Positions 17,331-29,600 of a stretch of 64,000 nt of DNA are shown piece after piece. The notes under the pieces are model-generated. The model was not told the DNA's origin, did no database searches, and worked only from the letters and a program-made list of their open reading frames with translations. This DNA comes from Giardia intestinalis (lineage: Eukaryota): the NCBI GenBank assembly GCA_000002435.2, contig CM018789.1; one strand, given 5' to 3'. Within the stretch, counting starts at the first letter, position 1. Each line of letters begins with the position of its first letter. Position numbers and translations under genes: made by a program.

Positions 17331-19373
17331 ATGCTTTCTGAGTATGGTTGGTTTGGGGCTGTGAAGACTCGCAATTACGACAAAGTCATCGAGAATGTCA
17401 AAGAGTATCATAGATCTGTCGACGAGGACGGAAACACCGCCCTGATGATCGCGTTACAGAGGAATGACCAGTACATGATGGAAATCCTGGCTCCCCACGA
17501 GTACGGGATCTCAAACCCAGAGGGAATGACCGCACTTGTGCAAGCAATACGCATGCGCAATAATGATGCTGTCCGCATTCTGGCTAGGTACGAGTCGCGT
17601 TTCAAGACTGCCGACGGGATGGCGCCGATTCACTTGGCCGTTCAGATGGAAGACAGTTCGCTGATCTCAATCCTTCTACCTTATAGTGCTGCCGAGCTTA
17701 ATCTGTACAACCAGAATGCTCTTGAGTATGCTGCTGCTAACGGGAGGGCCAACGCAGCTTTTTGTCTGCTGAGCGATCCCAACATCTATGGCCCTGACGA
17801 CGTCAAGTCCGCAGCCTTGACAGCAAATAATAGCGGATACCCCGACATGGCCAGGAAGCTCTATAATTGGTTAAACTCATACAATTGTGCAATGTCCATC
17901 AGTGGAAAGTCTACCACTAATGCCAGCAGTTGTTTGTCAAACTCACTGCAGCCTAGCATGGCCAGCACTGGAAGGACCGGCCTCGAGCAGTCTATACATG
18001 ATGTGCCGCGCAGCCTCACAGCTTCGTCGCGCCATATGTACACGTCAGCGACGAATGCTTCTACGGCACGACCCCTTTCTGGCATGGTTTCATCGTATGG
18101 GAGCTTTTCGGAGAAGGCTGCTCCTCACAACGATAACTTGAAGCTGACCCCCACCTATTCCGTGGGGAACCTCCGTCCGTCGTCCACCTCTCGATCACCT
18201 AGCTCTGCGATGACATCCTCTGCTCGTAATACTAAGTACGCCAAGCCAGCCACTGAAAATGCATTTGAGTACCTGCAGTTTAAAAAGACCTTAGCTGAGG
18301 CAGAAACGCGCCCTGGGTCGCCAACTGGTTCTCGCTCTGCTTCGAGGACGTCGTCTCGTTCCAATTCGCGCACCTTGGGGCGCACGTCTAGCCGGAATCT
18401 GCGTCGCGGTACCGGTACTGTTCCAACCTCGTTTTCGACGGGAGTTATCTCGATGAGCATGGGAGGCACTGGAGTGGGATTGCGAGGGTCTAGCCGTAAT
18501 CGCTCGAATACACCCAGTGGCCACTACTCTGTGAGAGGGCCGAACGCACTTCTGCACGAAAAGGATCCGAACTTCTGCAGTATCTTTGACTCCCGCACTT
18601 TGGTAGACCGCTCTCCGTCCATGACCTTTGGAGCCACTCTTGGTGTCCCTCCCGATCACAATTACAATTACGTTGAGCATCTACCTGATAAGCCGCAGAC
18701 GCATGCTCTGTATGGTCCAATTGTTGGGTACGACCCTGAGACGGTTAACTACACCATAGCTGGAGATGTTGTTCCCAGACAGCTGATTACGGACCCCATT
18801 ATAAATCAGTACTCGAGACAAGATCTGACCGACTTGATGGTGGCAGCAAAGCTGGGAAGAATACAACTAGTTAGGGAACGGGCCGTTGAACAATTCCTCA
18901 AAAGATCCAAGACAGGGCGTACAGCTCTTATTTACGCTGCTCAGCGCAACTTCACAGATATCGTCAGGATACTTATACAGTACGAGGCCGGAGCATCCGA
19001 TAGCTTTGGATACACAGCGTTGATGTATGCTGCCTCCTTTGGACATCTGGAAATGATGGAGATACTTATGTCTGCCGAGGCTGGGCATCGCCGCCAGTCA
19101 GACGGGGCGACCGCCCTGATGGCAGCTGCGGCCAATGGGCATCTACAGTGCGTCCACAAGCTCGTTCCTCTTGAAGGCTGCATTCACTCCCGCAATGGAA
19201 CGACCGCGCTGATGCTGGCCATTAAGTACAACCACAAGGAGTGCGCGTACTTCCTTATGAAGCACGAGCTGAAAGGGTATGATGACAGCATCAGTGCAGT
19301 TGAGCAATTCTGTACAGAGTGTGGCAGAGAAGAGTACATCACCGACCTCCGTGCACACCTGAGGATCCACTAG
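17331..19373 (+). CDS. Ankyrin-repeat protein (Giardia 'protein 21.1'-like). Ankyrin repeats are at the N- and C-termini, with a central Ser-rich/RS-like low-complexity region.
   Basis: Repeats of the form DEDGNTALMIALQRNDQYMMEIL, TADGMAPIHLAVQ, NQNALEYAAANGRANAAFCLL, SKTGRTALIYAAQRNFTDIVRILI, GYTALMYAASFGHLEMMEILM, DGATALMAAAANGHLQCVHKLV, NGTTALMLAIKYNHKECAYFLM. ATG at 17331 preceded by ttaaaaaATG. Confidence 0.8.
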   Translation: MLSEYGWFGAVKTRNYDKVIENVKEYHRSVDEDGNTALMIALQRNDQYMMEILAPHEYGISNPEGMTALVQAIRMRNNDAVRILARYESRFKTADGMAPIHLAVQMEDSSLISILLPYSAAELNLYNQNALEYAAANGRANAAFCLLSDPNIYGPDDVKSAALTANNSGYPDMARKLYNWLNSYNCAMSISGKSTTNASSCLSNSLQPSMASTGRTGLEQSIHDVPRSLTASSRHMYTSATNASTARPLSGMVSSYGSFSEKAAPHNDNLKLTPTYSVGNLRPSSTSRSPSSAMTSSARNTKYAKPATENAFEYLQFKKTLAEAETRPGSPTGSRSASRTSSRSNSRTLGRTSSRNLRRGTGTVPTSFSTGVISMSMGGTGVGLRGSSRNRSNTPSGHYSVRGPNALLHEKDPNFCSIFDSRTLVDRSPSMTFGATLGVPPDHNYNYVEHLPDKPQTHALYGPIVGYDPETVNYTIAGDVVPRQLITDPIINQYSRQDLTDLMVAAKLGRIQLVRERAVEQFLKRSKTGRTALIYAAQRNFTDIVRILIQYEAGASDSFGYTALMYAASFGHLEMMEILMSAEAGHRRQSDGATALMAAAANGHLQCVHKLVPLEGCIHSRNGTTALMLAIKYNHKECAYFLMKHELKGYDDSISAVEQFCTECGREEYITDLRAHLRIH

Positions 19374-19440
19374 CCTTTCTACTAGCACATCAGGTTGTAA
19401 ATGTTACTCAGATGCCCAATGGTTTACTCACACAGGGCCA

Positions 19441-21507
19441 CTAACCTGATCCGCCGAATGCGGCAATTCCGTTGTCAGTGTTGATAAGGACGATGTCGTT
19501 GTAGGCCAAACACATTCGTTTCAACTTTACATCTGCAACGTTCTGCGGTAGAGGAATATAGCAAGGAAGGCCTCTGGGAGACCACTTAAACAGCCGGTTC
19601 TCAGCTAACCCTGGAAGATGCTTGTTGCCTGTGGTAGTGGCCACGACGGGCCGCAGATCGCCCTCAAACCTCATCTCTGCGGTCAAGAGGGAAAACTCGT
19701 CCAGCTCATTATGCAGGCTATAGTCCTGATACTCCTCCGCCAGCGCTGACGTCAAAATGTACAGATTGCTCTGGACAAAAACAAAGTCGATAATTACGTC
19801 ATAAAAGACCAGAACGGTGAGGAGTTTCATCTCCAGCGGATCTACAACAATTAAGGTGGTTGGATATTCTACCCCGACGTAGGCTAGAAAGCGACAGCAC
19901 GAGGAAAACTTTGCCTTTGACATGTGTCCACTCCGTGTGTTTCTCTTCAGATATGCCTCTATTCCTAGTAGCTTAGGAAGCTGGAAAGCTACCTTTCGAG
20001 AGGCATACTGGATGGAGAGGTTATTGAGGTTGGTTTTCACTAGGTAAGAGTGGGTATTAACACTCGGGAAGTCGTAAATGTGGCTCTCAAGAAGTCCTGG
20101 CTGTTTGGTGATAGGTATCCGAAGTCCACAAGCAGGGCAAACGCTGTCGTAGTGCATAGGCTTTCCAGGGTGATCCTTCTCTGGAATCTCATGAACACGC
20201 CGCACGGCCTCCTTGTTCATCTGAGCGCTGTACTGTGTGTTCAGCGGCTCTGAATCTTCTGTGATCGAAACAACTTCTTGATATATGAGATAGTCCTCTG
20301 TCTCTCCCTGTGTTGCCTCTCGGTTCTGCACAACACCTGGGTAAGAGTCTGATTGCACCGGGTCTTGTCTCGTATCGCATGTGCAGTAGTTCTGTTTGTC
20401 TTTAAAAGCATCCAGGGTACTTTTTTCCTTGATATCGGACGCTAGCTCCTTACACCTGCACTCAACAAAGATCGACTCACAATGCTCGAGTAAATCTGGA
20501 AGCCCGCTGATGATCATGCGCTCCTGTAGATTCTTAGATAAAAGGGCAGCCCGAGAGTTAACATAGACTACGGCGATGTGCACATCCTGGGCTGCTATTG
20601 CCGAGATAGCTAGGCTCAGAGTCTTAGTAACTGCAGGATTAAACTGATATGGAATGCGTACCTCGTATCGGACAATGCTGGCCTCATTCTTCGTTAAAAG
20701 CTGCACCTTATAAAGAACCGCGTTGTAAAAATCTGCAAGCAGATACGACTTTTGCCCTAAAACGCTCAAATGCATGGTATCAAAGGTCTCGCTTGGAAAG
20801 TCAACAACAGAGTGTACCTGCTCAGTGGTACCGATGATGTGCAGCTTGTCTTGACAGTAGCTACTGCTGACAAAAACGACGTACGACAGCTCTGCAGAGA
20901 AAATGGGCGGGTTCTTGGCGCCCGGAATAGCCCGAAGGAGCACCCCTTCGCTTTGCCCCGAAGATTTGCCATTGGAATCTCTGGATGCACGGGCTGCCGA
21001 GGAGGACCCATGGGTCGAGAAGCGGACAGACTTACTGGAGGCTCTATCAGGCTTTGCCCATGCAGAGAGAAAGCGAATCTCTAGCGTTTCTGACGTGCTA
21101 GCTGTGACGCAGAAGAGAGTTAAGTTGGGAGAAAATGTGGCGTACTTGATTCCAAGCTCATCGACACGTATACAGAGTTGACGGTCTGAGAGCGAGGAGT
21201 AGGGAAGGACGCGCTCAGACTCCACTCTCCCCAAATGAGGAGACACGCTACTCTCCGACCCCAGTCTGAAGAGATTGATCTCTACATCGGTGGGGAGCGC
21301 GTAATAGAGTATGTAATTTCCACAGAAGGAAAACTCAATGCATATGTCATCCTTGGAAGCCGGTATTTGGAAGGCCGCCCGAATCGGCATCTCCCGCGTT
21401 GCTTCGCGGACATATACGATGTTTTGGTGCCGGTATGCGAAAAGCTGGCCATTTGCCGACAGTGCGATGCGCCCCCGGCCATTCAGCAAGGAGAAACCGC
21501 AACTCAT
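19441..21507 (-). CDS. Hypothetical protein, about 688 aa, with a possible N-terminal beta-propeller-like region
   Basis: The track start at 21534 is a GTG. The first ATG at 21507-21505 has strong AT-rich context (gtcctcaaaaatcatatttggATG). A long uninterrupted ORF follows. Confidence 0.55.
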   Translation of the reverse strand: MSCGFSLLNGRGRIALSANGQLFAYRHQNIVYVREATREMPIRAAFQIPASKDDICIEFSFCGNYILYYALPTDVEINLFRLGSESSVSPHLGRVESERVLPYSSLSDRQLCIRVDELGIKYATFSPNLTLFCVTASTSETLEIRFLSAWAKPDRASSKSVRFSTHGSSSAARASRDSNGKSSGQSEGVLLRAIPGAKNPPIFSAELSYVVFVSSSYCQDKLHIIGTTEQVHSVVDFPSETFDTMHLSVLGQKSYLLADFYNAVLYKVQLLTKNEASIVRYEVRIPYQFNPAVTKTLSLAISAIAAQDVHIAVVYVNSRAALLSKNLQERMIISGLPDLLEHCESIFVECRCKELASDIKEKSTLDAFKDKQNYCTCDTRQDPVQSDSYPGVVQNREATQGETEDYLIYQEVVSITEDSEPLNTQYSAQMNKEAVRRVHEIPEKDHPGKPMHYDSVCPACGLRIPITKQPGLLESHIYDFPSVNTHSYLVKTNLNNLSIQYASRKVAFQLPKLLGIEAYLKRNTRSGHMSKAKFSSCCRFLAYVGVEYPTTLIVVDPLEMKLLTVLVFYDVIIDFVFVQSNLYILTSALAEEYQDYSLHNELDEFSLLTAEMRFEGDLRPVVATTTGNKHLPGLAENRLFKWSPRGLPCYIPLPQNVADVKLKRMCLAYNDIVLINTDNGIAAFGGSG

Positions 21508-21568
21508 CCAAATATGATTTTTGAGGACTGACACCGATCTCTCAGAGGGGCGGTTTACTCCTGGGCGT

Positions 21569-22141
21569 TTAGCGGTTGGAAACGGCTATACGCTCGACAG
21601 AGTTGCGCTGGCTGATGGCATACGACTTGTCGGCGCCTGCGGCTGCATTCATGATTTCTTCGGCGAGGCACTCAGCAAACGGCCGGACCTTGCGGAATGC
21701 CGCCTTGCGGGCGCCAGTCGCAATGTTATAGATGCCGATATTGACGCGACGCAGGGGAGAGACGTCGACAGACTGGCGACGGACCTGGCCGCCCTTCCCA
21801 ATGCGGCAGGAATCCTCACGCGGGCCCGAATTCGCGACTGCGTCGACCAAGACCTGGACGGGATTCTTGCCTGTGTAAAGGTTGATGAGCTCAAAGGCCT
21901 CCCCCACGGTCTTCATGGCCATGAGCTTCTTCCCAGAGTTGCGCCCGTGCATCATGAGGGAGTTAGTCAGACGCTCAACCACGGGGCACTTGGCCTTGCG
22001 AAAGCGCTTTGCGGACCAGCGGCCGGCGCTGTGCGGAACGAAGCTGTGGTTATCAATTGAAATATATGCCTCCAGGGACTCGTCCTGGCACTTGACGTCC
22101 GTGAGTGGCCACTTGTTGAAGAGTGCTACCTCGAGAGACAT
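21569..22141 (-). CDS. RPS5: 40S ribosomal protein S5 (uS7)
   Basis: [100 protein letters not shown]...ERIAVSNR aligns almost residue-for-residue with eukaryotic S5 (human: ...[38 protein letters not shown]...ERVAKSNR). Start taken at the internal ATG 22141 ([11 protein letters not shown]...); the upstream 20 codons of the track ORF are not S5-like. Confidence 0.9.
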   Translation of the reverse strand: MSLEVALFNKWPLTDVKCQDESLEAYISIDNHSFVPHSAGRWSAKRFRKAKCPVVERLTNSLMMHGRNSGKKLMAMKTVGEAFELINLYTGKNPVQVLVDAVANSGPREDSCRIGKGGQVRRQSVDVSPLRRVNIGIYNIATGARKAAFRKVRPFAECLAEEIMNAAAGADKSYAISQRNSVERIAVSNR

Positions 22142-22207
22142 CGTGCCTGCTATTAAGATGCCAAGTAAATTCAATTTAAATTGATTGCTTTTTATTTGCA
22201 ACGGGAC

Positions 22208-23164
22208 TCAGCACGGGTCAGCGAGAACGGTCCAGTCGAGCCTCCACTGCTCAACCTCTGTGCGGCAGAGAGGACACTGGTTGTGGAGCCTTCTTTTCTG
22301 CAACTCCTGCGAGCAGGTGTAGCACGTGCACCGGTGCCCGCACGGATGGGAGCGAACTATGCAGAACTCGTCTAAGCAAATGATGCAGACACCAATCTTC
22401 TCTGTGCTGCCTCCGTACTTCCGCGCAACAAGAAACCGAAGCCCGTCATCTGCGACGAGCTTGGCGATCTCGGCGTCGTTTGTTCTTTGTGACAAGGAGG
22501 AGAGCGTGTACGCCGCTCCCAGAATAGCATACTCATAGGGAAGAAGCGACTGGACAAAGCTGAGGGAATTACTGACGATTGCGTATCCTAACGCAGACCA
22601 TTTGGCATTGGACAACTTTCCGTGCTCCATTGGGTCGGCGTGCAGTTTGGAAAATGCATATGAATTTTGGCACAGAACAGCGAGCATGAGAGCGGTGCGT
22701 CCTTGGCGGTCCGCGCATCCGCGCTCATCCTTCCATAACAAATCTATATGCTGCTCTCTACCTAGTACGACAGCATACATGAGTGCAGTCATTCCGCAGC
22801 TGTCTTGCCGCCGGATGTCTTTGTGCATAGTAATGCGGTCAGGGTCGTTCCCGCTTAGCACCGCTAGCATCAGAGCTGTGAGGCCGAATGTGCACCCCTC
22901 TTCTCGCCACAATCTTTTGATTCCATCTGTATTAAGAGCGCGACACGCGTAGCAGAGGGCGCTGTGGCCGTCCTTGTCCAAAATAGATCCTTCAATGGCG
23001 ACCAGGTCGTCTGGTGGAGGGACAGGGTGCAGTGCCAGGTACATGAGAGCCGTCTTGCCATTGCTGTCGAAGCTCCCTGCATACTCCTCCAAGTGCTCTA
23101 GTAGAAAAGACACAGCTCCTCGCCTGGCTGCCTCAAACCAGTGTGAGGCTTCGGCAGCCGGCAT
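22208..23164 (-). CDS. Ankyrin-repeat plus C-terminal C3HC4 RING-finger protein (putative E3 ubiquitin ligase)
   Basis: Ankyrin repeats (NGKTALMYLAL, DGHSALCYACRALNTDGIKRL, FGLTALMLAVLSGN, CGMTALMYAVVLGREQHIDLL, QGRTALMLAVLCQNSYAF) followed by CIICLDEFCIVRSHPCGHRCTCYTCSQELQKRRLHNQCPLCR. ATG at 23164 with AT-rich upstream. Confidence 0.8.
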   Translation of the reverse strand: MPAAEASHWFEAARRGAVSFLLEHLEEYAGSFDSNGKTALMYLALHPVPPPDDLVAIEGSILDKDGHSALCYACRALNTDGIKRLWREEGCTFGLTALMLAVLSGNDPDRITMHKDIRRQDSCGMTALMYAVVLGREQHIDLLWKDERGCADRQGRTALMLAVLCQNSYAFSKLHADPMEHGKLSNAKWSALGYAIVSNSLSFVQSLLPYEYAILGAAYTLSSLSQRTNDAEIAKLVADDGLRFLVARKYGGSTEKIGVCIICLDEFCIVRSHPCGHRCTCYTCSQELQKRRLHNQCPLCRTEVEQWRLDWTVLADPC

Positions 23165-23280
23165 TTCTGGAAATAAATTATTGGCGTCATTTTGAGCTCT
23201 GACTGGGCCTACATCCCGGAGATTGTAGTCTAGCAGTGACTGAGCATACTATTCTGGAAGGAATCTTTAGCTAAAGTAAA

Positions 23281-23649
23281 ATGATGAGTTTAGAAGGAGA
23301 AAAAGCCGAGGTGCAGGCTCTCCTGAAGCGGCTAGGGGAGCGCCGTACACACATTGTGAAAGCAGCAGAAAACATAGACCGGCTTCTGGCTCAGGTAAGT
23401 GCTTCAGAAAGTGATCAACGGCTGTTCACAGCACTCCAGGACGCCCATGCGTCCACTCCTGTATCTCTCTCACCCAAGGCGTTACTTCGACTTGAGGCTC
23501 TCAAAAAGAGGCTTTTTCTGGCGCAAACGCGGGAAGCAGATATACGTGAACAACTCGACCTCGTTTTTGGTGATTGCACAGAAACATTGTTGGATCTTCA
23601 ACTAATCATTGATGAGACGAAAGAACTGAGGACGGAGATTGGCAAGTGA
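23281..23649 (+). CDS. Small hypothetical coiled-coil protein (122 aa)
   Basis: ATG at 23281 preceded by ctaaagtaaaATG; helical, charged sequence. No homology recognised. Confidence 0.4.
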   Translation: MMSLEGEKAEVQALLKRLGERRTHIVKAAENIDRLLAQVSASESDQRLFTALQDAHASTPVSLSPKALLRLEALKKRLFLAQTREADIREQLDLVFGDCTETLLDLQLIIDETKELRTEIGK

Positions 23650-26600
23650 ATGCTCGTCTGGTCTTCCACATAGGACTGTGTCAGAAGCTCACGCATGTCT
23701 TCACAGCTCTTCAGTCCGTCGCCTACTCTCGGTAAGTACATAATAGCGTAATGTGAGTAATATCTGGACGTTTCACAAACTTATACGCAACTGTGTACGT
23801 CTCACTTTTGATACATGAAATCGATATATTAATATACTTTACAACTCAGGGCATTTACCAAGACATTCTGTCCCGTTCCAGATAAAGCAGCATCGCCCGC
23901 TGAGCTAAGTATTCAGATCGCTATTGTAGCGCTCCCTGCATCCTTCCCTTGCAGAATGCCAGTAGCTGAGCGGGAACGTGTCTGCGAGAATAGCGAGCAC
24001 CAAGGAGCAGGTGCATATGGCGTACGTGGCTGAGGCGAGTGTTGCTCTGCTACCCAACGCTCGACATGTACACTTTCGACTCGCTAAGCGATGCAGACAA
24101 AGATGCCAGCTTGGCCCGCAGTAGTTCTCCGATCCTTCTGCCCAGTGGCCTCTCCGATGAGCAACAGCCAACTGGAGAGTCGTCAATCGCTGGGACGCCC
24201 AGACCGCACAGTGGCCGCTCAAGAGGTGCAAGGGCTGCACACACCGCTGTGGATGGTGCGCTCTGTCAACGGCTCTCCACGCTGAGCTGGCCCTTAGCTG
24301 CTACTCTGTGGCCTCCGATGGGACGGGCATTATGAAGAGGTTTACTTGGAGAACCCCTGACATTGCGACGCCTATCCTGAGAAGACAATGCTATCTCACA
24401 TAAGCTACTTCCACTACTCATTCCCACTGATCCAGATAACCCATCTTGCATGCTTCGGATTGCCCTCTCTTGCCAGCAGAGCAGCCACCACCCTGTGTGT
24501 CTCCTTCAGACACAGTTTCGTCTATGACGGCACCTTTTGTCTCTTCTCTGGAGAGGCATAACCGTCCCAATCCAGACACCTTGCTCTCAGCACACACCTC
24601 GTATCCAGCAGAGGCCAGGTGCTCGTCGACCATATCCCATGAGTATCAGCGCTGTGCCACTATGTTGCTTCCTGTCCTTCTTGAGGGGCGTGCTCTGACC
24701 ATCTCAGTGTCTCTATGATAGGAGAGATGTGGATCCGGAGGTGGTTGTTGCTTTCTGGCACCCCTCTGCTGACCAGAAGAGTGCAAGAGCGCCCTTCGGG
24801 AGTCGGTCCCCTAATTTTCTGTTCTCTCGGGGAAGTGGTCCTTGGATAGCGCCACTCGGAGGACTCCCAAAGCGTCACTGTATGGGCGCTGCTTTACAAA
24901 CACTCCTGGCTGAAGCTGGACCCGAATCCTCCTAAAGCAACTTTATAGAGTTACCTGGTGGCCCATTCCTTGACTACTATCAGCAGAGGTCTCAACCTCC
25001 CAAGGACATCTCGGGGATAGTACGTTTGGCCCACGTCAGCGCCACTTCCTGGCAGAGGCATGCGGAGGATCTGCTCCCTCTTGTGGATCCATCATTAGTA
25101 TCGAGAGCACTGCGTCTGTTACCTTCGTTGGAGGTGTCGAGAGATGGTGCCCCGTATCTATCCCATTGAAGAGTTGGAGGTCCGCCAGGACAGCGAAGAT
25201 GATCCCATCAGGGCTGTGATCATATACCCGTCATTATGGCAACCATAGTGTAGATAAGACAACTGTCTGGGCCCCGCAACTCCCGGCGTAGGACGCCAGG
25301 AGGCTTGGCTGGGTCAGGCTAGTGAGGGCTACCCCTGTCATAACAGGCTTAGAAAATAGGGAGCGAGTGACGTACCTGGTGTCCACCAATGCACGCATGC
25401 AGCCTGGAAGCTGTGCTCAAAGCACCGAGGCCTGCAGGGGTGTGGCATCCGAACAGGCCCGACAGTTATGACTGCTTCTGAGAACAGCCAGCATGACTGG
25501 ACGAGGACATGAAAGCTCATGGAGGCCCTCACAGTCTTGATGTCTGGGAGAACACGGGGACTGACCACTCCAAGATTGTCCATCTCATGAGCTGGCTTTC
25601 GATAGCAGGCATAACAAGGAAGTGACCCCCAGTCATACACAATCTCATGCGATTCCATCGCAGCCTAGAGCATCCTTATCTGGCCTGCCAGTCCATCCAT
25701 GACGGTAGCAGATGTGTCAGCATTCCAGATCATCGGCCACCGCAGCTGCACAGTCGGGGTACTGCCTATGGTATTGCTCACTGATACTTTACATGGAGCC
25801 CTGTCCCTGTGGTAGTGACAGGTGAACTTCTCTGCAGATGCAGATCTAATGATATGGTTCCTCTTGGGCATTCTACTCCTACTTCTGTCTGGTCTCTCAC
25901 CTCAATGCGAGTGGCCAGCGGCTGTTACTGGGTCTTGCAGCATAACTATTACACATTTGTGTGCTAATCAAGACTACCATATAGGGTCACACAAGCCGGG
26001 AGCTCTGTCAGGCAATTATCGGACTCGATATCAAGATGGCACGGGGACAACACTCCCAGTGGTCACCGGGGACATGAATCATCATACAAGCCGCATAGTG
26101 CACCAGAAGCAGCACAACGGTGAAGAGCATGCCTGGATGTAGATGGCGCCTACAGCAAGCGGCATGCTGTCGTTGTCGGTACAACGGGCATAGTGGCTAC
26201 TGGACCCACGCTTTGGTAGCCTCGATTGGAGCAATTGTACAGCGAAGGAGCAGGGCGTAGGGACATGGGCACCAACCGGTCGAGCAGCGTGTACATGTAT
26301 GAGCACGGTTATAAGTCTCGCCTACACTGTTGGGTGGTGCTCTGCCTCGATGTGGACTCAGCGGGTTGGCTCTTATATCAGTGGCAGATGGCAGAACACC
26401 ACGCTGGTCATGTGGTGAGAGGTCTTCATGCGGTCTTCCAACTATTCTAAGTCACGCTGGAAAGCAGCTAGCCCTCCCGCACCACGTCTCCTCTCCAAAT
26501 AGGACTGAAGGCGCCCAGGGCGCTCTTCTAGGGCCTTAGTATCATGGAGCCCGTGCCAGGCAGGAGAGTTCTATGTTGCATGGCGTGAGAGTCTCTAGGG

Positions 26601-29600
26601 GGTGTAAACACTTGCGTGGTTGTAGCAACGCATCTCCACCAGCAAGTGTCAGGGCACATCGGTGGACAGGTGCATATTAAGTCAGGCACTCTGTGTGCGG
26701 TTATGCATCACAGCTCTTATAACGGGCCACGGGCAGCCTGAGGATCTCTGCTTTATAGCAGCGTGGATGTGGGGTGGTGCGCCCAGAGCATCGCCAGATC
26801 GATAGCTTCAGCGCGGCATCCAACAAGGTGCAGCAGGGCATCGAGCCAGGTGAGCGTTGGACCAGATCCTGAGTGGGGGCTGGGACTCCTGTGCACGGCT
26901 GGGCTGCTCCCAGATAGAATAGGGTACAGAGTGAATTAGATGAGTGCGACGCTGTAAGGTATCCACAGTCGCATAAATGCATCCGGCGGGCCCACACTGG
27001 ACTCTAAGAGGCACGCTGCCGGACAAGCCGAGGAGACTCGAGGGGTGGTGGCGCCGTCTTGTTATCTCTATGCAGTGCTCCGCAGGTATGTACTCAGGAG
27101 GTATCTCTTGATGGCTGGAGAGAGGACAGAGCTGGGCGATGGTGAGCATGCCCATCATGAGCAGCTCCAGGTGCTATCCGATCACTCCTTGGAAAGGCAT
27201 ATGCCTCAGCTAGGTTGCATCACATCCAGGGCAGAAGAGGAAGCTGTGCACTGTCTGACCCGCCATTCAGGGCCATGTGCGGATAAAAGGCAGACCAGTG
27301 ACTGATGCTCTGTACTGCCTCCTCATCCGCTGCCTAAGCAGCCAGAAGCCAGGATCGATATGCAGATAGAGGCTATGAAAAGTGGACTAATCACGGGGCT
27401 GATTGTCTGATACCAAAAAATCCGGAACGACGATGGCAGCCGCTGTCTCCCTAAGATGATGTATTATGCGCGGTATCGACCTTGGTCTCCCAGGTGAGCA
27501 GGCTGGGGACACTCTGGCTGGCCCTGACTTCTGAGGCATTAAGATCTTAAGCAGCACAGAAGGAGACAACGGTATATACAGACGGTGCGTTGTCTTCATA
27601 AAGGTGCACTCCAACTTCCAAATGCATGCAGCTGCGCTGAGACAGGCGGTTCAGCTGGCTTACATTGGCACCCTGTCAGCCATCGTGCTTGCTGCGATCA
27701 GAGGCTGCGTCTGCTCGGCAGACTGAATAGAGATTACAGCGGCTTCCATGGTTATCCACGTTGCACGATGTCCAATGGTAGAGTAGCCACCGTCTGTCTG
27801 AGGTGTTTGCTATCGATAGGAGACAGCGCTTGGTTGCACCAGAGGTGCTTTTGTTTAAGTATAGAGTCTTTATGGCTGCTTCTCCACTGGCTATAATGAT
27901 AACTGTATACTTAAAAAGGTCCTGCAGAGCAATCCACCGTCTTTCAAGATGAGACATGGGCCTGCATCTAAAGCTAAAAACGGAAACTCGTGCACCAAGT
28001 GCCATAAGCCTAGTGTACTGACTGGCCTGGATCACAGTCCATTTGTCAAGAACCTGTGCACACGTTTGGATGCTCCCTGCTAGTGGCAGACGGACCTACG
28101 AGGAGGCTTGTCTTTGGTAGCATTCGCTTTATAATATTTAGCCCTTGGTGACACACCTCAACGAAGAAGGGTGTTACTTAGGTGCACAGGAAGCTATCCG
28201 TGCACAGCGATTCTCAGAGAGCCGGCTCACACAGAGAAGGTAGAGGCCACCAGCAGACCAGTGAGATAAAACTGATGCTAGAGAGGCCAGCAATTAGCCT
28301 GAATTACAGCAGGGACACCTGTATTGCCTCTTTGACCTCTATGCCTGGAGAGGTCGTAGGGTCTGCAGACAAGCTAGATGCTGCTTTTTGATTTTATGCA
28401 CTTACAGCAACGTAATATTATTAAGAGTTGCTTCGTTTGGAACCGAGGGCATTCACCTTCCCTTCGTATACGGGTGAGGATCGATTGTAGAGGTATACTG
28501 CGCAGGTTGGTATCAGTCGGCATGGTTGCTGTCCACATGTGTCTCACCTACGTCCTCCCACGGCAGACGGACACCAATGACGCTTCTTGGCCACATGACG
28601 TCCTACGATGTATCTCCACCTTCGATACAGGTTGCTACACATACTGCGTAGTTTGGATTGCTCATCAGCCAAGGTGATCTGATCAGCTCTTGTCCTCTGC
28701 CCGTCTATCTCGTGCAACCATTTATTGATGGTCTTTCCAGATCAACAGGTGCTTCCATCGGTCCCACAAAAGAATGTGTTATGCAGGCGGCCACTACAGG
28801 CCAGAGCCTTGTCTACCAAGAAAAAGGGTCAATCAGTTCACTGCGTGGGGGTCCTTTGTACGTCTTATGTAATCCAGCAGGTCTTGTGCTCCCCAACATC
28901 TTCACTCACAATCCGCTGTCTGGAGCCCGCGTGCATATCGTTACTACCAAACACTTAGCAGCTTCGACTGACCACCTAGGACGTCAAATCCCTTGCGCTG
29001 CACAGTGGGTATGCTCAGCGTGAGAGATACATAGTCAGCATCAGCCTTCTCAGCTCATCGTCTGGGTAATACTACTACTGTTTCTCATCCAATCAGCTAG
29101 CGCGAGGACCCAGCTCATGACCAGCAAACCGAGACAGGCTATTCCAGGAGGTCTTCAAGCACAGCAGTACCTTGTTAACGAGTAGTCAGCAGTAACCATG
29201 ACACGTACTTCCACTAAGGCATGACCTCCTTGAGCGGGGGTGTGAAGTGGGTCCCTGTCATTTTGCGATCCTACTAATCTTTTAGCCAAGAGGGATCAGA
29301 ACAGCTCAGATTAGCATTGATCACTTCTGGGTCTCCATCTATCTCCGTCGTCTGGGGTGTGCTTGACCCTGTAGACTGAGAAGGGCGCTATATTGTGCTC
29401 GTGCCTGCACGTCTCCGTCAGACAAGGCTACCCTCTTGGAGACTGCGCTAAGGTAGCCACACGTCCCGAGGAACTTGCAGAGAGCATCCCAGTCCAATAG
29501 AACTCCTTACCTATCGAATGCAAGTTGTAGTTGTGGCCTCATAAGTGCAGGATTTTTTAGAATAACCGGTCAACTACATAGTTTGCCTGCTCACCCAGAC

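Noticed and set aside
18150-18560. Ser/Arg/Thr-rich low-complexity block inside the ankyrin protein (SSTSRSPSSAMTSSARN...SRSASRTSSRSNSRTLGRTSSRNLRR), considered as a possible separate RS-domain gene or repeat element
   Set aside because: It is in frame and continuous with ankyrin repeats on both sides within one ORF. I take it as an intrinsically disordered linker, not a separate feature.
23715-23730. ctcggtaagtacat: a canonical-looking GTAAGT 5' splice-site hexamer just downstream of the 122-aa gene, suggesting a possible intron
   Set aside because: The few Giardia cis-introns use GTATGT...CT[AG]ACACACAG-type signals. I found no matching branch/3' motif and no downstream in-frame exon, so it is most likely chance.
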